Source: an uncultured Gemmatimonadales bacterium (GTDB taxonomy: Bacteria; Gemmatimonadota; Gemmatimonadetes; Gemmatimonadales; GWC2-71-9). From it: DNA of 64,000 nt. Within the stretch, counting starts at the first letter, position 1. Every line of letters starts with the position of its first letter. Location: NCBI GenBank assembly GCA_963739455.1, contig CAVUAK010000001.1:576001-640000 (forward strand). The letters run 5' to 3'. The position numbers and the translations under genes were made by a program. This document shows, piece after piece, positions 1 to 10,500 of this stretch. Below the pieces are notes generated by a model. The model was not told where the DNA came from. It was given only the letters and a program-made list of their open reading frames with translations, and did not search any database.

Positions 1-2765
1 CCGTGTAGGCCGTGCCGCTGGCGAACCGGAAGAGGGCGAACACCTGGAAGTTCTGGAAGATCGAGCCCACCGTCGAGCCGGAGTGCCACCCGTTCGGGAA
101 GGTGAGCTGCCAGGCTGCCGATCAGCTGGTGCGGGCGCGACAGCGCGACCGGGGCAATGGCCTGCGGGGGCGGCTGGTTGCCGCCGGTAACCTGGTTCAC
201 GACCCGCGACCCGAAGTTGATGTAGGTGAACGGGTCCGTGCCGGTGTTGCTGCGCGCTCGTGTAGCTGTACCCGAGCGTGCCGTTGAACAACTGGCCGAA
301 ACGACGGTTCAACCGCAGGTCGAGACCCTTGGTGTTGCCGAAGTCGGAGTTCGTGATGAGGCGCAGGTCCTGGTTCTGGGTGGTGAGCGGGTCGAACGAG
401 CTCACCAGTCGGCCGGCCGCGTTCGCGAGGTTGTCGCGGTTGTAGGCCGACACGTCCAGCACCATGTCGTCGTTGAAGGCGTGCTGGATGCCGAACTCGA
501 AGATGATCGACTTGCCGTAGTCGACGTTCTGGCCATACACGTTGTTCGTGTTGGTGACGCTGATATCGGTGTTGATGCCGCTCAGCGACAGCGCGAAGTC
601 CGGCGACTGGACCGACTGCGCGTACGAGAGGCGGAAGTTGGTCCGCTCGGTGACCGGGAAGGCCACCTGCACGCGCGGGCTGATGTAGTCGAACGACTCG
701 TCGGCCACATACAGGTCCGTCGGATCCTCGCCCGGGCTGGAGGCCGGGTTGGTCGAGATACGCGGGAAGCCCGTCCAGCGGCTCGCGTTGGTGTTGAAGT
801 AGTCGTACCGGATGCCGAGCTGCACCACCACGTCGCCGATGTCGAGACGGTCCTGGATGAATGCGGCGTAGCGGGTCGGCTTCGCCTGCCAGTAGTCGGA
901 GAACGCCTGGCTGGAGATGAGCGCCGAGTAGCTCGTCATGTCGTACTTGAAGTACTCGCCGCCAACCTGGATACGGTTGTAGCGATCGAGCTGCCAGTCG
1001 AGGGTGGCGTTCGCGACGTACCGGTTCTCCTTGTACAGCTGGAGCCGGGCGCTGTTGAGGCCGCCGTCCGGGAACGTCTGCGCCAGACCGTAGGGGTTGG
1101 AGCGGAACGTGACCTGCGGCTGGTGCGCGTTGACCTCGTCGGCGTTGTTGAGGTCGATGGCGCCGAGGCAGGTCTTCTCGTTACGAATGAAGCAATCGAG
1201 CTTGGTCAGCGTCTGGCCCGCCCACCTCGTACGTCTGGTCGAGGAAGTCGAAGTCGTACTGCAGCGGGATCGGGCTGAAGTAGAAGCCCAGCGTTCCGGT
1301 GCCCGGGCCGCCATCCGCGAACGGGCTCTGGATGAAGCGGTCGGTCTGGTAGGACAGGTTCACGTCGAGTGCCAGGGCGCGCTCAGCCGACTTGGACAGG
1401 TTCTGCGTCCAGTTGGCGGTGTAGACGGCGTTCTGGGCACGGAAACCGGTCTGCCTGGTTCGCGAAGACGCCAGGGTTGAGCTGGTTGAAGTAGTTGAAG
1501 TTCTTCCCCTGGTTCTGGCTGCCGAAGCCGCCGATGCGCAACCGTGAGCCGTTGCCGTAGGAGAAGTTGAGGTTGGCGCCGACCTGCGCCGCCGAGAAGC
1601 TGGCGTTCGGGAGCCGCGCACCATTGCAGCCCTGGCCGTTGTTGTCGGCGATGGCGGCGTTGGTGCTGCCGTTGAACGTGTCGCAGCTACCGGTGTAGAT
1701 CGAGTACTGGTTGACGTCCACCTGCGAGAAGCTGCCGTCAGCATTCTCGTTGGTGACCGTCGTGTCCACGCCCGACGTGACGAAGACTGGCGCGTCCTGC
1801 CGGCCCTTGCCCGACCGGACGGACTCGTTGCCCTCGCCGACGAGGTTGACGTTGAACGTCAGCCCCTTGAGAATGAGCGGTCCGCTCAGGGTGCCCTCGA
1901 ACCGGTTGTAGCCCATGCCGATCGTCTTGCCGAACACTTCGTCGGTCTCGGCGCGCAACTGGCCGGCAAACTTGCTGCCGCCTGTGCGCGACGTGATGTT
2001 GACGATACCGGCCTGTGCGTTGCCGTACTGTGCCGCCGCGGCGCCCGTCGTGACCGAGACTTCCTCGAAGCCGTTGGTCGCGAAGGCAACGCCCGACGTG
2101 CTCACGCCGCCGCCGTCGTTGGCCGCGTTGGAGGCGTTGGTACCGGCCGACACGAAGCCGTTGCCACGGTTGCCCGGCTGGACCGAGACGCCGTCGACGT
2201 AGAACGCCGCTTCGTCGTTACGGCCGCCGCGAATGGAGATGGCGGACCCGTTGGCGCCTTCCGCCACGACACCCGGCTGCAGCTGCAGCACCTGGCCGAC
2301 GCGGTCAACCGGCAGGTTCTCCGTGAACTCGCCGTCGATGCGCTGCTTCGTCGTGACCTCGTCGCGCGGCACCAGGGCGTTTGCGGCCGTGGTCACCGTC
2401 AGCGAGTCGAGTACGACGGTCGACTTCTCGAGCTGGATGTCCTGCGAGATGGTCTGTCCAGCGAGGATCTTGATGCCCTCGACCTCGGACTTCTTGAAGC
2501 CGATGAAGGCGCCGCGAATCGCGACAGTGCCGGCAGGAATGTTGTTGATGAAGTAGTAGCCCTGAGCATTTGTGAGCGCACTGAATGCGGTGCCCACAAT
2601 GAACACCTGGGCGCTCTGGATCGGCGCACCCGCCTGATCCCGCACTCTGCCTTCGAGCTTACCAGTCTGTGCCGCTAGCGCACCGGCGCTGGCGAACAAC
2701 AGCACTGCCGACAACGCGAACCGTCTCGCGAGTCGGACGAAGGCGCTGACTCCGCTTTGTGTCAT
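1..2765 (-). CDS. TonB-dependent outer membrane receptor with N-terminal carboxypeptidase-regulatory-like domain (3' end runs off the window; frameshifts near ~1445 and ~1225)
   Basis: ATG at 2765 behind AGGAGG. Signal peptide, then TGKLEGRVRD...GYYFI; plug motifs LQLQPGV, IRGGR..E..FYVDGV, TGAAAAQYGNAQAGIVN. Barrel-like sequence continues in other frames. Confidence 0.85.
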
Positions 2766-2983
2766 AGAAGCCTTCCTCCTGGGCGTAAACCGCGCTGCTA
2801 AAACCTTCATCAATGCGATCACCGCTGGAGCGGGCGCTCCGGAGCATTCGTTATGGCACACGAATACGCCTCAGCGGCGCACTGCGCTGCCTCGCGCTAG
2901 CGCGCGAAGCGTTCATCCTTGGGTCGAGAGACTGCATGGGGTTGTGCAACGGAACTCCGTCCTGGCCGGGACGGCGCGAGACA

Positions 2984-3012
2984 AGTATGAAGCGCGGTAC
3001 CGTCGGTGTCAA
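2984..3012 (-). promoter_or_regulatory. sigma70-type promoter for the TonB-dependent receptor
   Basis: Minus strand reads TTGACA-N17-CATACT, about 220 nt upstream of the ATG. Confidence 0.6.
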
Positions 3013-3122
3013 GCAACCGTGAACCGGGCGTAACCTTCCGGTGACCGTCCGTAACTGCCTGAAACACCTGCGGATACCCGGAAAGTGACGTTAAGGAACG
3101 TGACAACGCCACCCACCGCCCC

Positions 3123-4300
3123 CTAGGCCCCGGTAATCAGCTCCCGCTGGGGGCTCCCGGGAGTCACGAACGCCTCACCGGGAGTGAGGTACATGTTCAC
3201 CTCGCTGCGCACCCCGAACTCGACCGGCCAGGTAGACGCCCGGCTCCACCGAAAAGCCAGTGCCCGTCAGGAGTTGGCGGTCATCATGGGTCTCGTAGTC
3301 GTCCAGGTGAGGACCCGACCCGTGAAGACGGTGGTCGATTGAGTGCCCCGTTCGGTGGACGAACGCATCGCCAAAGCCGGCTGCGGTGATCACCCCGCGG
3401 GACACCCGATCCACCTCGAATCCCCTGAATGGACCGTCCCGCTGACCATCCCGACTGCACGAACTCGATCGCTGCATCCCTCGCGTCGCGCACCACCTCC
3501 CACACCTTCCGCACATCGGCCGGCGGCCTCGACCCGCTGAAGCCCATCCAGGTCTGGTCTGCGTATACCGCCCCCCAGTGACGACCGCCCCAGAGATCGA
3601 GCAGCACCACCTCGTTCACTGCGAGCGTCCGATCGGCGCCTGCGAGCGGTTCATAGTGCGGGTTGGCGGCGTTCGGTCCGAACCCGACGATGGGCGGATG
3701 ATCGAAGACAAGCCCCCCGGCGTGGAGTGCATCGACCACTTCGCGCTGGAGCGCACTCTCGGTCAGTCCCGTCCCACCCGCCACGACCGCGCGCCGCAGT
3801 GCGGCCTGCGCGACCTGCGCCAGTACATCGGCGGCGGCGAGATGTTCGGTGAGATCTCCAGCACTCCACGTTGAAGCGAAGCGCGTCACCAGCGCTGCCG
3901 AGGGCAGGACGGTCGCACCGAGCTTGCCCAGCAGCTGCACCACGCCACTTGGCACCCGGTCGAGATAGGGCACCGCATCGTCCTCCGCGACCTCCATCGC
4001 GACACGCTTCCCTGCTACCACACTGCGGAGGGCGGCATGCAGTTCCTCCCACCGTGAATACGGGAGAATGCGCCCGGGAAATCCTGCCACCGACTGCAGC
4101 TCGATCCGGTGTGCCACGGCAACCGGCTCGCCAGCGCGTGGGAGGTAGACGAACAGCCGCCGACTGCCCATGCCGGTGATGCCGAGCACCTGACCCAGGA
4201 CGGGGTTCACGCCCTGGAAATCGTAGAGCAGCCAGCCATCAGCGCCCGCCACCTCGAGCGCGGCCGCCAGCGCCACCGGATCGGGAGTGGACAGGGTCAC
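3123..4300 (-). CDS. M24 family Xaa-Pro aminopeptidase (two frameshifts, ~3420 and ~3220)
   Basis: NAANPHY, LLDLWG, YADQTW, HRTGHSI, FSVEPGVY, FGVRSEVN distributed over three frames; reconstructed stop TAG at 3123-3125. Confidence 0.85.
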
Positions 4301-4926
4301 CGGTAACCCTCTGCGTCAGCCCAATGCCAGACGCACACTGCATCTCCCCGAGCGGCGCAGCGGTCGTGGGTCATTGCGCCCTCCATTCCTGCAAGGAGGC
4401 GGAGTAGTTCAGCGAGCATGGATCCGATGAAACCGCAGGCCTCGCCGTCGGGCATGGCTGCAATGGTAAGCGATTCTGTCACACGAGCTTCCACCGCGCG
4501 GCCGGCGCCACGGAGCTCGATGCCAAGGGTCCGAGCGGCCGCCCGTGCTGCCGTGCGAAATCCGACCTTGCGACTCATGCCGCCCGGGGCCACGCGGATC
4601 AGTGTACGGGCACCCCGACCGGCCGCCTTGGCGGCATGGCGGGCGGCGCGACGGCCGGCATCGGCGAACGCCAGCTGGGCGTCGGCCCGCCGCCCCACCA
4701 GCCGCAGCACCCCCAGGGCCTCGTCACGCGGTACCTCGTCCCCGTGCTCGACTGCTTCCTCGTATCGCTCGATCTGGGCAGCCACGGTGTCGCTCAGGCC
4801 AAAACGCTTCGCCACCATCTCACTGGCGAGCTCCTCGAGCCCATCGTCGAGGGGGGCGTCGAGGTTTCGCAGCGCCTGCAGTAGGCTGAGCGGAATCAGG
4901 GCGGGAACGGTAGATCGTGCTGTCAT
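4297..4926 (-). CDS. hypothetical protein with C-terminal V4R-like domain
   Basis: MTARSTVPALIP...; C-terminal ACGF..(x)n..HDRCAARGDAVCVW three-Cys pattern typical of V4R. Overlaps the peptidase start (GTGA). Confidence 0.55.
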   Translation of the reverse strand: MTARSTVPALIPLSLLQALRNLDAPLDDGLEELASEMVAKRFGLSDTVAAQIERYEEAVEHGDEVPRDEALGVLRLVGRRADAQLAFADAGRRAARHAAKAAGRGARTLIRVAPGGMSRKVGFRTAARAAARTLGIELRGAGRAVEARVTESLTIAAMPDGEACGFIGSMLAELLRLLAGMEGAMTHDRCAARGDAVCVWHWADAEGYR

Positions 4927-4977
4927 GTGATGGCGATCACAAAGTAATCGACGGCCACCCCCGCACTCTAGGGGTGC

Positions 4978-5802
4978 TTGCGCCGGGGCGTGGACCACGG
5001 GGACATTGGCCTCATGGGGCCCGGTCCGCTGGTATCGGCGCTGGTAGCAGTGCTGCTCTCGACCGGTGGCTGGGCCGCGAAAGCCCTCACCGGCGGGGGA
5101 GCGGCAACCGCGACGCTCGTGGGGGTCGCCCTCCTGAACGGGGCCGGATGGCCCGGCGCGGCGGTACTCGGTGCATTCTTCATCCTGAGTAGCGCCGTTG
5201 GCCGTCTTGGGATGGCCGGGAGCAGCTCGTCTGGGGATCCCAAGGGGGAACAGCGCGATGCCTGGCAGGTCCTGGCGAACGGCGGTTTTGCCGCACTGGG
5301 CGCGGTGCTCGCCCGCGGCAACCCGAGCCTCGCCCTCTGGGTGATCACCGGAAGCCTGGCGTCGGCGGGAGCGGACACCTGGGCCACCGCGATCGGCGCT
5401 CGAAGCCCCACTCCCCCGCGCCGCCTGCTTTTCGGGCACCGGGTCGACCCTGGCAGCAACGGGGGTATGACACTGACAGGCACCGCCGGCGCCATCGTCG
5501 GCGCCGCCCTCATCAGCGCCGCAGGCGCGGTCACTGCCTCCCTGCCGCGGCTGGTGCTGTGGGGCACGGTGATTGGAGTGGCGGGAATGACGCTCGACTC
5601 CGTACTCGGAGCCACGCTGCAGGGAAGATTCCATTGCCCGTCATGCAACGTCGAGAGCGAATGGAGCGTGCACCGGTGCGGCAACCGGACGACGCGCACC
5701 GGAGGCATGGCATGGCTTACCAACGATGGGGTGAACGCAGTGACCACCGCCGCCGGTGCCCTGGCCGGCTGGCTGGCCTGGCGCTGCTGTGCGCAAGCCT
5801 GA
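4978..5802 (+). CDS. DUF92/TMEM19 family integral membrane protein (start uncertain)
   Basis: RDAWQVLANGG, ADTWATAIG, GSNGGMTLTG, DSVLGATLQ, CPSC..HRCG, NDGVN motifs. Confidence 0.85.
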   Translation: MRRGVDHGDIGLMGPGPLVSALVAVLLSTGGWAAKALTGGGAATATLVGVALLNGAGWPGAAVLGAFFILSSAVGRLGMAGSSSSGDPKGEQRDAWQVLANGGFAALGAVLARGNPSLALWVITGSLASAGADTWATAIGARSPTPPRRLLFGHRVDPGSNGGMTLTGTAGAIVGAALISAAGAVTASLPRLVLWGTVIGVAGMTLDSVLGATLQGRFHCPSCNVESEWSVHRCGNRTTRTGGMAWLTNDGVNAVTTAAGALAGWLAWRCCAQA

Positions 5803-6209
5803 CTGCCGGCTGCGATGGCGGCGCGCCGGTTGACCCCGGGACGGTACCGACCGTGGGCACCAATCCCGCCACGTCCGGCGGCGACGGCACGACTGGCGCA
5901 GCTGCCGCCTCCCTGATGGGAACCTGGGAAAACGTCTGGATCGAGAACCTGCCCACGGACCTTCAGCGCATCACGACGCGGTGGCGCTTCCTCCCCGGCG
6001 GGGCCTGTTCGCGGGAGGTCGCGACCTTCAGCGTCGTGGCCGACCAGACCCTGGTGACGCTGCGGGGCTGCACCTTCAGGACCGACAGCAGGCTGGTCTA
6101 CGTGCGGTACGAGGACGCAAGCGCCGAAGTGAGCTTCAGCCTCGGCAACGTGAATTTCGACCCGCGCCGGCTCCTCCTCGATGGCATCGAGTTTGTCCGG
6201 ATCGACTGA
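5712..6209 (+). CDS. hypothetical lipoprotein
   Basis: GGAGG RBS before ATG 5712; hydrophobic stretch ending in lipobox LTAGC; low-complexity linker then a beta-rich domain. Confidence 0.55.
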   Translation: MAYQRWGERSDHRRRCPGRLAGLALLCASLTAGCDGGAPVDPGTVPTVGTNPATSGGDGTTGAAAASLMGTWENVWIENLPTDLQRITTRWRFLPGGACSREVATFSVVADQTLVTLRGCTFRTDSRLVYVRYEDASAEVSFSLGNVNFDPRRLLLDGIEFVRID

Positions 6210-7400
6210 GCGCGTCGCCGACGCACTCGTGATTGGCGCCGGTCCCGCCGGCAGTGCCACCGCATCCCTCCTCGCCGAGGCGGGGTGGCACGTCGTCATG
6301 ATCGACCGGGCGGCGTTCCCTCGCGAGAAAGCCTGTTCCGAGTACATGAGCCCCGAGACGGTCCGCATGCTCGACCGACTCGGCGTCACGGCCGGGCTGT
6401 GCTCGGCAGGTGCCGCCACACTCAGCGGGTCGAGTGTCACCGCGGCACGCGGTGCGAACGCTGGTGGGCCGCTTCCCCGAGGGACGCGGACTGTCCATCG
6501 CGCGCCGCGAGCTCGACCACGCGCTGGTGGGCGCCGCGCGGGCGCGCGGCGTCGACGGTACTCGAGTCCACGTCGCTCGAGCGCCTGACCATGGATGGTG
6601 ACCGCGTCAGCGGTGCAGTCATTCGCGGACGCGACGGGGAACTCCGGGAGGTGCGGGCACTCGCTCACCGTCGGCGCAGACGGACTCCGATCGCGGGTGG
6701 CGCGCGCACTCGGTGGACAGCACCTCGGGTGGCCGGCACGCGTGGCGTTCGTGGCGCATGTCGCGGGCGTACGCGCCATGGCCGACCGCGCCGAGATGCA
6801 TGTGAGCGGCCAGGGATACGTCGGCCTCAACGCCATCGGCGGCGGCATCACCAACGTGGCCCTGGTGGTGCCGCAGGCGACGGGCCGCGCTGGCTGCGGG
6901 CCGGGTCGAGGCATATTTCATGGAGGAGCTGGATCGCTTTCCCCGGCGTGCGTGGCCGGGTGCAGGTACAGGACATCGTGCGTGAAGTGCTCGTCACCGG
7001 GCCATTCGCCGCACGCGCGCGTCACGTCACCGCGCCGGGCGCCGTCCTGGTCGGCGATGCCGCCGATTTCTTCGACCCGTTCACGGGCGAGGGAATTCGC
7101 GCCGCGCTGGCCGGCGCCGAACTGGTGGCGCAGGCGATGGCAGGCGCGCGGGGAGACCATCGCGCCATCGACGGGGCGCTGCACCACTATCGCCGCGCGC
7201 GGCGACGGCACTTCGCGGGCAAGTGGGCGGTGGAGCGGCTCATTGGCTATGCGATGACCGTGCCCGGACTCTTCGACCACGCTGTTGCACGCATCGGCCG
7301 CCGGCGCGGCATGGCAGACACCCTGGTGGGTGTCACCGGCGCCGTGCTGCCCGCCCGTGCCGTCCTCAACCCGCTCTTCCTCGCGCGGATGGTCCTGTGA
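6181..7400 (+). CDS. FAD-dependent oxidoreductase, geranylgeranyl reductase/monooxygenase-like (several frameshifts)
   Basis: VIGAGPAGS, FPREKACSE, RRELDHAL, VGADGLRSRVAR, LVGDAADFFDPFTGEGI found across frames. Confidence 0.8.
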
Positions 7401-7880
7401 GCCAGAACTCCGTTGATCAGGCGCAGTTTCGCCAGTTGCTCGGCCGGTTCGCCACTGGCGTGGCCGTCGTCACGGCCCGTGATGCCGACGGCCGTCCCCA
7501 TGGCATGACCGCCAACAGCCTCGCGTCGGTCTCGCTCGAGCCGCCGCTGGTGCTGCTGTCGATCGACCACGAGGCGTCGATGCATCGCCTGCTCATGACG
7601 GCCCCGGCATTCGCGGTCAACATCCTGTCCAGCAACCAGGAAACAGTGAGCCGGCGATTCGCCGTCGATCGCGAGGAGCGGTTCGAGGGCATCGGCTATC
7701 AGGAGAGTCCGCGCGGGTTGATCCTCCTGGACGGTGCACTCGCCCACCTGGAGTGCGAGCGCACCGCCACGCACGAGGCCGGTGACCACACCATCCTGGT
7801 GGGACGGGTGGTGGCGGGGAACTGCGCTGGACGGGCGCCCGCTCTGCTACTTCCGCGGCGGTTACGCGTCGCTCGCCTGA
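7397..7880 (+). CDS. flavin reductase family protein (frameshift near 7828)
   Basis: FRQLLGRFATGVAVVT, GMTANSLASVSLEPPL, AGDHTILVG; C-terminal PLCYFRGGY in the shifted frame. Confidence 0.85.
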
Positions 7881-7883
7881 CCG

Positions 7884-8572
7884 ATGGCCACCTTGACGCT
7901 CTCGCCGATCGGGCACGAACTGCTCGACGACCCCGGTGCCGATCCCGCGATCGTCACCGAGTCGTTCCGCAACCTGGCCCGTTCGAACTGGTGGTTCGGC
8001 GGGGCGGCGGCAGTGCACTTCGGCCTGGCACAGCTGATTCACGGGGGCGGCGACACACCCTCACGCTGCTCGATGTGGGGACCGGCGTGGGTGACCTGCC
8101 ACGCCGGGCCGCGCGCTGGGCCGCTCGGCGCGGCGTGCGACTCACCGGGATCGGGCTCGAGCGAAGCCGGGTGGCGGCCGCGCTCGCGCAGCGGGGCGGA
8201 CTGCCAAGCGTCGTGGGCTGTGCCGGCGCACTCCCGTTCCGCGAGCGGAGCGCAGACGTCGTGATGATGAGCCAGCTGATCCATCACCTGTCGCGCGATG
8301 CGGCGGTGGAGGTCATCCGGGCGGCAGATCGCATCGCGCGTGTCGGCGTCGTGCTGGCCGACCTTCGGCGCAGTGCACTGGCGGCGACCGGGTTTCACTT
8401 CGCGTCAGCGTTGCTCCGTTTCGATCCCGCGACCAGGGCCGATGGAGTCACCTCGGTGCGGCGGGGGTATCTGCCCCATGAGCTCTCGGCGATCCTGCGC
8501 GACGCCGGTGTGACCGCAAGGGTGCACCGTCGGCCCGGGTTCCGCCTCGTGGCGGCCTGGCGCACCACCTGA
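7884..8572 (+). CDS. class I SAM-dependent methyltransferase (frameshift near 8050)
   Basis: ELLDD...LARSNWWFGG, then LLDVGTGVGD, HHL, DLRRS, DGVTSVRRGY. Confidence 0.8.
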
Positions 8573-9052
8573 TGCGCACGGTCGACCGCGCCATCTTCCG
8601 CTCCCCGATCGACGACGCCTTCCGCGCCGCCTCCGACGTGGAACGGTGGCCCGAACTGCTGTCGCACTATCGCTGGGTGCGCTTCCTGGAGCGGCGACCA
8701 GATGGCGGGCGTGGTGGAGATGTCCGCCAACCGGCCATTCGGTCCGCTCAACTGGCCCACCTGGTGGGTCTCCGAGATGTGGATCGAGCCGGCCCGCCGC
8801 GCCGTGCGCTACCGCCACGTCCGCGGCGTCACGAGCGGCATGGACGTCGAGTGGACCCTGCAGGACACCGCCCAGGGCGTGGATGTCTCGATCGTGCACG
8901 AATGGAGCGGACCGCCATGGCCGCTCATCCGCCGACCGGCCGCGGAGTGGGTGATCGGACCGGTGTTCGTGCATGGCATCGCGAGCCGGACGCTCGCGGG
9001 TCTCAAGCGGGCAGTGGAAGGCGGGAAAACGGCAGTGAAAGGATCGATGTGA
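8572..9052 (+). CDS. SRPBCC/polyketide cyclase-dehydrase family protein (frameshift near 8705)
   Basis: ASDVERWPELLSHYRWVRF, then VEMSANR...WWVSEM...VRYRHVRGVTSGMDVEW. Confidence 0.75.
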
Positions 9053-10296
9053 AGCCCAGGCGAGTTGTCATTACGGGAATCGGCGTCGTGACGCCCATCG
9101 GCACGGGACGAGACGAATTCTGGAGTGGCTTGCAGGACCAGGTCTCGAGGGTCGGGCCCATCACCCGCTTCGACCCATCCCCCTTCCGCACCCGGATGGC
9201 CGGCGAGGTGCCCGACTTCCGGCCCGCCGATCACATCGAGGCGCGGCGGGTGCGCCGGTTCGACCGCTTCGCGCAGTTCGGCGTCGCCGCCACACGCCTG
9301 GCGCTCGCGGACGCCGCGATCGACCTGGCGAAGGAAGACAGCGAGCGCATCGGCTCGAGCATGGGCACGGCGCTCGCCGGGGTGGCCCGCGCCGAGGAGG
9401 AGCACGGCAACTACATGCGCGGCGGGCTCCGCGCGGTGGATCCCTCACTCGCGCTGGCGGTGTTCGGCGGCGCCGCGAGCTGCAACGTGGCAATCGAGTT
9501 CGGGCTTTCGGGCCCCAATACCACGAACGGCATGAGCTGCGCGTCGGGCACGATGGCCATCGGCGACGGGTTCCGCGCGATTGCCCGTGGCGACGCCGAC
9601 GTGATGGTGAGCGGCGGCACCGAGGCGCCGCTGGCGCCGCTCTGCTTCGGGGCCTTCGCCGTCATTCGCGCGATGTCCACCCGGAACGATGACCCGACCA
9701 GCGCCAGCCGTCCGTTCGATCGCGAGCGGGACGGATTCGTCATGGCCGAGGGCGCAGCGGTGCTGGTGCTCGAGGAGCGCGAGCGGGCGCTGGCGCGCGG
9801 CGCCAATGTCTATGCGGAGATCTGCGGCTACGGGGTCACCAATGACGCACACCACATGACGCAGCCGCGTCCCGACGGGCGCCAGGCGGCGCGCGCCATG
9901 TCGCTCGCGCTGGCCGAGGCCCACGTGGTGGCCCGCGAGATCGGTTACATCAACGCACATGGCTCATCCACGCCGCTCAACGACCCGACCGAGACCAGCG
10001 CCATCAAGCAGGTGTTCGCGGAGCACGCGAAGCAGGTCGCGATCAGCGGAACCAAGGGGTACTACGGCCACGCCCTCGGGGCGAGCGGCGCGTTCGAGGC
10101 GGCGATCTGCGCCCTGGCGAGCCAGCATCGCTGGCTGCCACCCACGGTGAACCTCACGACACCCGATCCGGCGTGCGACCTGTCATACATCGCCGGGGAC
10201 GGCCTGGTCGCCGACCCGGAATACCTGCTCAGCAACTCATTCGGCTTTGGGGGGATCAATGCCGCGATTGTATTCCGGCGGCATGACGGCAGGTGA
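9049..10296 (+). CDS. fabF: beta-ketoacyl-ACP synthase II-type ketosynthase (FabF-like paralog)
   Basis: RRVVITGIG, catalytic Cys (MSCASG), His motifs NAHGSST and GHALGA, SRPFD, SNSFGFGG. Confidence 0.85.
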   Translation: MKPRRVVITGIGVVTPIGTGRDEFWSGLQDQVSRVGPITRFDPSPFRTRMAGEVPDFRPADHIEARRVRRFDRFAQFGVAATRLALADAAIDLAKEDSERIGSSMGTALAGVARAEEEHGNYMRGGLRAVDPSLALAVFGGAASCNVAIEFGLSGPNTTNGMSCASGTMAIGDGFRAIARGDADVMVSGGTEAPLAPLCFGAFAVIRAMSTRNDDPTSASRPFDRERDGFVMAEGAAVLVLEERERALARGANVYAEICGYGVTNDAHHMTQPRPDGRQAARAMSLALAEAHVVAREIGYINAHGSSTPLNDPTETSAIKQVFAEHAKQVAISGTKGYYGHALGASGAFEAAICALASQHRWLPPTVNLTTPDPACDLSYIAGDGLVADPEYLLSNSFGFGGINAAIVFRRHDGR

Positions 10297-10310
10297 CGGA
10301 ACTGCGTAGA

Positions 10311-10384
10311 CAGGGAACCGGGAACAGGAAGAAAGCGACCCGCCCTACTGTTCCCTGTTCCCTGTTCCCTGTTCCCGTTGTTCC
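10311..10384. repeat. inverted heptamer (GGGAACA/TGTTCCC) repeat array between convergent genes
   Basis: cagggaaccgggaacaggaa ... ctgttccctgttccctgttccctgttccc. Confidence 0.75.
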
Positions 10385-10500
10385 TCGGCTCGCACCCGCA
10401 GCATCAGCATCATCGAGTACCCAACCAGCACGACCGCCACGATGGTATATGCGGCGATCATGAACGCGCTGTTGTCCGGTGGTTCACGCAGCAGCAACAT
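10345..10500 (-). CDS. ccmD: small single-TM protein, CcmD-like heme exporter protein D
   Basis: 51 aa with FMIAAY..VLVGY transmembrane segment and a charged tail, directly after ccmC. Confidence 0.55.
   Translation of the reverse strand: MLLLREPPDNSAFMIAAYTIVAVVLVGYSMMLMLRVRAEEQREQGTGNREQ

Noticed and set aside
7223..10296. Apparent fusions in the ORF track (flavin reductase-methyltransferase; SRPBCC-ketosynthase)
   Set aside because: Produced by frameshifts; separate stops and starts are recoverable at 7880/7884 and 9052/9049.
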